A DNA stretch of 32,000 nt from Pseudodesulfovibrio piezophilus C1TLV30 (GTDB lineage Bacteria > Desulfobacterota > Desulfovibrionia > Desulfovibrionales > Desulfovibrionaceae): assembly GCF_000341895.1 (NCBI RefSeq), contig NC_020409.1, forward strand, positions 1 through 32,000, given 5' to 3'. Below are positions 27,598 to 32,000 of the stretch, piece after piece; position 1 is the first letter of the stretch; the number at the start of each line of letters is the position of its first letter. The notes under the pieces are model-generated. The model searched no databases and was not told the DNA's origin. It worked only from the letters and a program-made list of their open reading frames with translations. A program made the translations under genes and the position numbers.

Positions 27598-27713
27598 AGT
27601 CTTTGATCAAGAGCTTTTTCGGATGGGGAGAGGCGATTGTTTTGTCGGAGAGCGATTGACACAGGATATAACAGGGTCGGTCAAAGATTGGTCGGATCGA
27701 CGAGAGGGGTACG

Positions 27714-28553
27714 ATGAGAGAGATTCAGGCTGAAGCCGTTGTACAAGCGGTGGCAAAAATGTGCATGAGTGCCAATACCGAACTTCCGACAGATGTACGG
27801 GAGAAGTTGAAAATGGCTTTGGTGAAAGAGACTGCTCCCTCCGCCAAGGAGGTATTGCGGCAGCTTCTTGAAAATGCGGATTTGGCAAAGGAAACAAAGT
27901 TGCCCTTATGCCAGGACTGTGGTCTCGCCGTTTTTTTCGTTGAGATCGGGGATGATTGTCGGGTGGTGGGGGGCAATTTGCGGGAATTGATCAATGAGGG
28001 AGTGCGCCAGGGCTATAGGGATGGTTTTCTGCGCAAGTCCGCCTGTGACCCGCTTTCTCGGGACAATACCGGGGATGGTACTCCGGCTATCATTCATTTT
28101 GACGTGGTTCCGGGCGATTCTCTTAGGATATTCTTTATGGCGAAGGGAGGCGGTTCTGAAAATATGAGTCGCGTAACCATGTTGGCTCCGGCTCAAGGGT
28201 GGGACGGAATTAAACAATTTGTTGTCAACCGGATAGCGGAAGCCGGTCCGAATCCCTGCCCTCCGACCATTATTGGTATTGGAATAGGGGGAACTTTTGA
28301 CCATGCGGCAAAAATCGCCAAGAAATCACTGATGCGTGATTTGAACGATACCCATCCTGACCCTGCAATTGCGGCCAGGGAAAAGGAGTTGGAAGAGGCT
28401 TTGAACAAGCTTGGCATCGGTCCAATGGGCCTTGGGGGAAAAACAACGGTTCTCAGTGTCAAGATAACCATGGAGCCCTGTCACCTGGCGAGTTTGCCCT
28501 TGGCTGTCAATGTTCAATGTCATTCACAACGTCATGAAGAGGTGGTGTTATAA
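27714..28553 (+). CDS. fumA: Class I (Fe-S) fumarate hydratase, alpha subunit
   Basis: LCQDCGLAVFF cluster-binding motif and the GGGSENMS segment. The stop overlaps the next start (TAATG). Confidence 0.88.
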   Translation: MREIQAEAVVQAVAKMCMSANTELPTDVREKLKMALVKETAPSAKEVLRQLLENADLAKETKLPLCQDCGLAVFFVEIGDDCRVVGGNLRELINEGVRQGYRDGFLRKSACDPLSRDNTGDGTPAIIHFDVVPGDSLRIFFMAKGGGSENMSRVTMLAPAQGWDGIKQFVVNRIAEAGPNPCPPTIIGIGIGGTFDHAAKIAKKSLMRDLNDTHPDPAIAAREKELEEALNKLGIGPMGLGGKTTVLSVKITMEPCHLASLPLAVNVQCHSQRHEEVVL

Positions 28554-29104
28554 TGGCTGAATATAAGTTGAGCATGCCGCTGACAGATGAGGATGTTGCA
28601 CAACTCCGGGCAGGGGACGTTGTCTTTTTGACAGGAGTCATTCATTCAGCTCGTGATGCAGCGCACAAGAAGCTTGTCGAATTGTTGGATGAAGGAAGTG
28701 CTCTCCCATTTGCTCTGGAAGGGTCGGCAATCTATTATGTCGGTCCATCTCCGGCTCCTCCTGGTCGACCTATAGGCTCAGCCGGTCCCACCACCAGCTA
28801 CCGAATGGATACTTACGCACCTCGATTCTATGGCCTGGGCATGAAAGCCAGTATTGGCAAGGGGAAACGCTCTGAAGAAGTCAAGGCTGCCATGCAAGAG
28901 CATAAGGGCGTATATTTGGGTGCTACAGGTGGAGCAGGGGCTTTGCTTTCAAATTCTATTGTCGAATCAACGGTTATCGCTTTTGAAGAACTTGGGCCAG
29001 AGGCCGTTCGGGCAATGAAGGTGAAGGATTTTCCCTTGTTGGTGATTAACGACTGTCACGGTGGGGAACTCTACGTAAAACCGGACATGGAAGCGTCACA
29101 GTAA
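28553..29104 (+). CDS. fumB: Class I fumarate hydratase, beta subunit
   Basis: GVIHSARDAAHKKL, GPTTSYRMD and GKGKR motifs typical of the C-terminal domain or subunit of class I fumarases. Confidence 0.88.
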   Translation: MAEYKLSMPLTDEDVAQLRAGDVVFLTGVIHSARDAAHKKLVELLDEGSALPFALEGSAIYYVGPSPAPPGRPIGSAGPTTSYRMDTYAPRFYGLGMKASIGKGKRSEEVKAAMQEHKGVYLGATGGAGALLSNSIVESTVIAFEELGPEAVRAMKVKDFPLLVINDCHGGELYVKPDMEASQ

Positions 29105-29216
29105 GTCGCTTGACAGGAGTTCATTAATCATTCACCAAAGGGGTGAGCGACGTTGTCGTTCGGCCCATGTTTATTGCTAAACTACGGGCATAATTCGACC
29201 CAACCGAGGTGTTGTC

Positions 29217-29390
29217 ATGGAAAAATCATATTTTGAAAATATTGATTGTCATGAAGACAAGAAAAAAGACGAAGAGAAGACCTATACTCCTTTTCCCGGC
29301 GCGGATGAGAAGTATGATGATGGGCGTGATTGGCGTCTGTATAATCCTGATAAATATCGTGATCCCAATTGGTCTCCGGATAAGGAATAA
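29217..29390 (+). CDS. Candidate 57-aa highly charged small protein
   Basis: ATG at 29217 with GAGGTG 7 nt upstream. Translation: MEKSYFENIDCHEDKKKDEEKTYTPFPGADEKYDDGRDWRLYNPDKYRDPNWSPDKE. It uses common codons (GAT, CGT, CTG) and is followed directly by a terminator hairpin. Below the 60-aa cutoff of the ORF track, and competing with the overlapping 62-aa GTG ORF at 29209-29397. Confidence 0.4.
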   Translation: MEKSYFENIDCHEDKKKDEEKTYTPFPGADEKYDDGRDWRLYNPDKYRDPNWSPDKE

Positions 29391-29398
29391 GATATAAT

Positions 29399-29427
29399 GG
29401 AGGGGCCTGATGGCCCCTCTTTCATTT
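29399..29427 (+). terminator. Intrinsic terminator closing the frd-fum transcription unit
   Basis: Stem (g)aggggcc/ggcccct(c) with loop tgat, followed by the T-rich ctttcattt. Confidence 0.55.
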
Positions 29428-29753
29428 ACCTTCGCGGCTTTATCATTCCTGTTCCAGTCAGCTCATAAGTGGGCTGTCTTTCTTTTCTTTTCCCCACTGT
29501 TTCTCAATCTACCCCGTTGGCTCTCGTCATACACACCAATTTCAGATGGTTCTCTCTAGTCTCTGAAAATTCCCCCGAGGGAGACGAAGATTCTTCTATT
29601 CAAAAGTGTCTTTTAATTGATGCAGTTAAAGTGCATTAAAGAGAGAAGGAAGGCTATGAATGGAACTGTGTTTATATGTTCCCTTTTGAGATACCGGCGA
29701 CGAGTCTTTTCTTTACCAGTCAATCTTCCCATCATATCTTTTGCCCCATATTC

Positions 29754-29781
29754 TTGACAACTAAATGAGAATAGATATTAT
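29754..29781 (+). promoter_or_regulatory. Candidate sigma70 promoter of the sRNA candidate
   Basis: TTGACA (29754-29759), a 16-nt spacer, then TATTAT (29776-29781). The reverse complement of 29755-29760 is TTGTCA, with TATGAT 18 nt further on the minus strand, so a back-to-back pair is possible. Confidence 0.45.
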
Positions 29782-29787
29782 TACTGT

Positions 29788-29918
29788 ATGGTAAAAGGCT
29801 TATTCAATGGGCCTTGTCTTTGGAGAGTGTCTCACTCAAGTCAATATTACTTGAGGCTCTCTTTCTTCTCCTCTTCTTGCTCTGGGAGCGACCTTTGTTG
29901 GTCGCTCCCTTTTTTTTT
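29788..29918 (+). ncRNA. Candidate small RNA (~130 nt) or attenuating leader
   Basis: Bounded by the promoter above and a very strong terminator. Internal hairpins are aaggc(t)/(g)gcctt (29795-29815) and the perfect 7-bp ctcaagt/acttgag (29835-29855). A 28-nt pyrimidine tract gctctctttcttctcctcttcttgctct (29856-29883) contains anti-SD ttctcct. The overlapping ORFs look non-protein-like. The 5-prime end is only estimated. Confidence 0.4.
29884..29918 (+). terminator. Strong Rho-independent terminator
   Basis: 10-bp stem gggagcgacc/ggtcgctccc with loop tttgtt, followed by T9. Confidence 0.88.
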
Positions 29919-30106
29919 GCATTTGGGTATAGTCAACAAGGAGAAAATCCGACCTCTTCAGTCGGTAATAAACCTTCGGAAAAGCCTTCTTGAGAAACAA
30001 GTATATTTTGCAATGTTGGGGAGTTGTTTTCTTACCGCTTGAGGGCGGAAGCCCTTGCAAGAGAGCTTTTTTAGGAGTAACTCATGCATCTTGCAAGGAG
30101 AGAGAT

Positions 30107-31282
30107 ATGTCCGATAAATTCGCCCGGAGGATGGGGACGGTCCATCGATCGTTCATCCGGGAAATACTCAAAGTGACCGCTGACCCAGAAATTATTTCTT
30201 TTGCCGGGGGACTTCCCAATCCTGAATTGTTTCCGGTTCATGCCATGGATACCGCTTCTCGGGAAGTCTTTGCGGCAGTCGGAGCATCAGCCCTCCAGTA
30301 TTCCACCACTGAAGGTGATTTGGGCCTTAGGACTATTATTGCCAGCCGATATGAGCAGCGAGGTCTTCAGGTTGATCCTGATTCCATACTCGTGACCACC
30401 GGTTCTCAGCAGATTCTTGATATTGTGGCCAAGGTTTTTCTTGATAGGGGAGATAAGGTCGTTATCGAGCGCCCAGGCTATCTTGGAGCAATTCAGGCTT
30501 TTTCTTTTTTCGAGCCGGAGTTCTTGACGGTTACACTTGAATCCGATGGCCCGAACCTTGTTGAGTTGGAAAAACGCTTCGAGCAGGGTGCCAAGTGTTT
30601 CTATGCCGTGCCAAATTTTCAGAATCCTTCTGGCGTGACCTATTCACTGGAAAAGCGTCAAGCCGTGGCAGAGTTGGCAGACAAATATGGTGTCCTTTTC
30701 ATTGAAGATGACCCTTACGGTGAACTCCGTTTTTTGGGGGAAGATCTTCCAAGTATATACTCTTTGTGTCACGAACCAGGTCTTCTGTGCGGGTCTTTTT
30801 CAAAAATAGCTGCACCGGGTTTTCGGATTGGGTGGGTTGTGGCTGAAAAAGAAGTCTATGACAAGCTTGTTATTGCGAAGCAGGCCTCCGACCTTCATAC
30901 GAGCACGGTCGCTCAAGCTATTATGCGGCGGTACCTCGAGACCAATGACATTGGATCGCATGTCGGGTTGATCAAGGAACGCTATGGGCGGCAGCGTCAG
31001 TGTATGGTTGAGATGATTCATCAATATTTCCCGGTCGGTGTCAGTATCATCGAACCGGAGGGCGGAATGTTCCTGTGGGGCACGTTGCCCGAGGGTGTCT
31101 CTTCCATGGATGTTTTTGATACTGCCATCAAAAAGAAGGTGGCGTTTGTTCCCGGCAGGCCGTTCTATGTGGATGGTTCTGGTGAAAACACACTTCGACT
31201 CAACTTCTCCAATTCCGATGAGCAAAAGATTGAAGTGGGTATCAAAAGACTGGGTGAATGTCTTAAGGAATTCTTGCAATGA
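30107..31282 (+). CDS. PLP-dependent aminotransferase (class I/II, aminoadipate/aromatic-type)
   Basis: The start MSDKFARRMGTVHRSFIREILKV...ISFAGGLPNPELFP is typical of this family. FQNPSGVTYS is present, as is SFSKIAAPGFRIGW with the Schiff-base Lys. AAGGAG RBS 6 nt upstream of the ATG at 30107. The track's upstream extension to 29990 runs through hairpins. Confidence 0.88.
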   Translation: MSDKFARRMGTVHRSFIREILKVTADPEIISFAGGLPNPELFPVHAMDTASREVFAAVGASALQYSTTEGDLGLRTIIASRYEQRGLQVDPDSILVTTGSQQILDIVAKVFLDRGDKVVIERPGYLGAIQAFSFFEPEFLTVTLESDGPNLVELEKRFEQGAKCFYAVPNFQNPSGVTYSLEKRQAVAELADKYGVLFIEDDPYGELRFLGEDLPSIYSLCHEPGLLCGSFSKIAAPGFRIGWVVAEKEVYDKLVIAKQASDLHTSTVAQAIMRRYLETNDIGSHVGLIKERYGRQRQCMVEMIHQYFPVGVSIIEPEGGMFLWGTLPEGVSSMDVFDTAIKKKVAFVPGRPFYVDGSGENTLRLNFSNSDEQKIEVGIKRLGECLKEFLQ

Positions 31283-31335
31283 CATTTTCGGTCGAGAGGG
31301 ACGATTTGAAAATGTAAGCCATCAAGGTTAGCTCC

Positions 31336-32000
31336 ATGTCACAACACATTGTCGTAATTGGCAGCGTGGCCCTTGGGCCCAAAGCTGCATGTCGCTTTAA
31401 GCGACTCGAACCAGGCTCCACCGTCACGATGATCGACCAATCGTCGCTCATTTCCTATGGCGGCTGTGGAATCCCCTACTATGTCTCGGGTGATGTTTCT
31501 GATGCCCGAGAACTCTGCACAACCAGTTTTCATATGGTAAGGGACCCTCAATTTTTTAAGGATGTCAAAGGAGTAGATGTCCAGATTCTTACAAAAGCCA
31601 CCAGGATTGATCGCGAGAACAAGCGGGTGGAAGTGGAGAACATGAACAATGGCGAAAAGTCGTTTATCGATTACGACCAGCTCGTCATTGCCACAGGCGC
31701 TTCTCCCAGAAAATTGAATTTGCCGGGAGAGGATCTCAAAGGGGTCAGTTATGTCTGTAACCCCGATGACGCCACGCGCATCCGTGACGGTATTTCCAAA
31801 GGTGAAGTTGGCAATGCAGTCATCGTTGGTGCCGGTTTCATCGGCTTGGAAATGGCTGAAGCCTTTGCTGATATGTGGGGGGTTGAAACCAGTGTGGTTG
31901 AGATTACCGATCAGATCATGCCGAGGCTCGTCAGTCCGGCCCTCGCAACCATGGCCCAGAAGCACATGGAAGAGGGAGGCGTCAACTTCTATTTTGGTGA
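31336..32000 (+). CDS. FAD-dependent pyridine nucleotide-disulfide oxidoreductase (CoA-disulfide reductase / NADH oxidase family), 3-prime truncated by the window end
   Basis: Own translation from the ATG at 31336 gives MSQHIVVIGSVALGPKAACRF...ISYGGCGIPYYVSG (redox Cys), then VIVGAGFIGLEMAEAF (second Rossmann fold). It is open to the end of the window and so absent from the ORF track. The 208-aa minus ORF at 31339-31965 is its antisense shadow. Confidence 0.85.
   Translation, partial: MSQHIVVIGSVALGPKAACRFKRLEPGSTVTMIDQSSLISYGGCGIPYYVSGDVSDARELCTTSFHMVRDPQFFKDVKGVDVQILTKATRIDRENKRVEVENMNNGEKSFIDYDQLVIATGASPRKLNLPGEDLKGVSYVCNPDDATRIRDGISKGEVGNAVIVGAGFIGLEMAEAFADMWGVETSVVEITDQIMPRLVSPALATMAQKHMEEGGVNFYFG

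Noticed and set aside
27603-27610. TTGATCAA palindrome just after frdB as an FNR/CRP-type site or a terminator
   Set aside because: The half-sites have no spacer, whereas FNR-type sites are TTGAT-N4-ATCAA. A hairpin would have almost no loop and only about 3 bp of stem.
29616-29757. A 33-aa plus ORF (ATG 29656, AAGGA upstream) and an antisense 39-aa minus ORF (ATG 29735) that might form a type I toxin-antitoxin-like pair
   Set aside because: Neither has a full-length transmembrane helix or a convincing RBS/promoter geometry. The minus ATG lies upstream of the putative minus TSS. There is no way to support either from sequence alone.
29788-30060. 84-aa (+) and 74-aa (-) ORFs in the coding desert
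   Set aside because: They overlap each other on opposite strands and read straight through a 10-bp-stem/U9 terminator. Their sequences are low-complexity (Ser/Leu/Phe/Cys or Lys/Arg). An RNA-level explanation fits better.
31339-31965. 208-aa minus-strand ORF listed in the track
   Set aside because: The plus strand over the same span encodes an unmistakable pyridine nucleotide-disulfide oxidoreductase. It is open to the window end and therefore missing from the track. The minus ORF is its shadow.
1-32000. Scan for CRISPR arrays, rRNA/tRNA/tmRNA/RNase P/SRP signatures, transposases, integrases and long inverted or direct repeats
   Set aside because: None was recognised by eye. All long ORFs are accounted for by housekeeping or accessory metabolic genes, and intergenic regions are too short or lack the conserved motifs. 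A covariance-model scan (Infernal/Rfam, tRNAscan-SE) would be the definitive check.

Overview
Chromosomal window that starts at dnaA. It is mostly conserved housekeeping genes, with gene content resembling a mid-GC anaerobic Desulfovibrio-type bacterium; that assignment is inference only. Order: dnaA (+). A long minus-strand block follows: tsaB-rseP-dxr-cdsA-uppS-frr-pyrH-tsf-rpsB. Directly upstream of it, and co-oriented, is a three-gene cluster of unclear function: ParB-like protein, spore-photoproduct-lyase-family radical SAM enzyme, and TPR+GT2 glycosyltransferase. Then on the plus strand: a divergent EF-G paralogue, plsC and RNase J. Next is a small accessory patch: a YbjQ-like protein, a TetR plus CMD/AhpD-like pair with a repeated palindromic operator, a GGDEF cyclase and a double M16 peptidase lipoprotein. 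Then a Wolinella-type frdCAB operon fused to a two-subunit class I fumarase, and about 700 nt of non-coding, pyrimidine-rich DNA. That region holds a clean promoter-to-terminator unit, a candidate sRNA of about 130 nt. The window ends with an aminotransferase and a partial CoADR/Nox-family oxidoreductase that runs off the end. No rRNA, tRNA, CRISPR array, transposase or integrase was seen. Best candidates for something undescribed: (1) the translationally coupled ParB-like/SPL-like radical SAM pair; (2) the sRNA candidate with a long anti-Shine-Dalgarno CU tract; (3) the EF-G paralogue with Asp in place of the catalytic His. All functional calls rest on motif recognition by eye. No database search was run.
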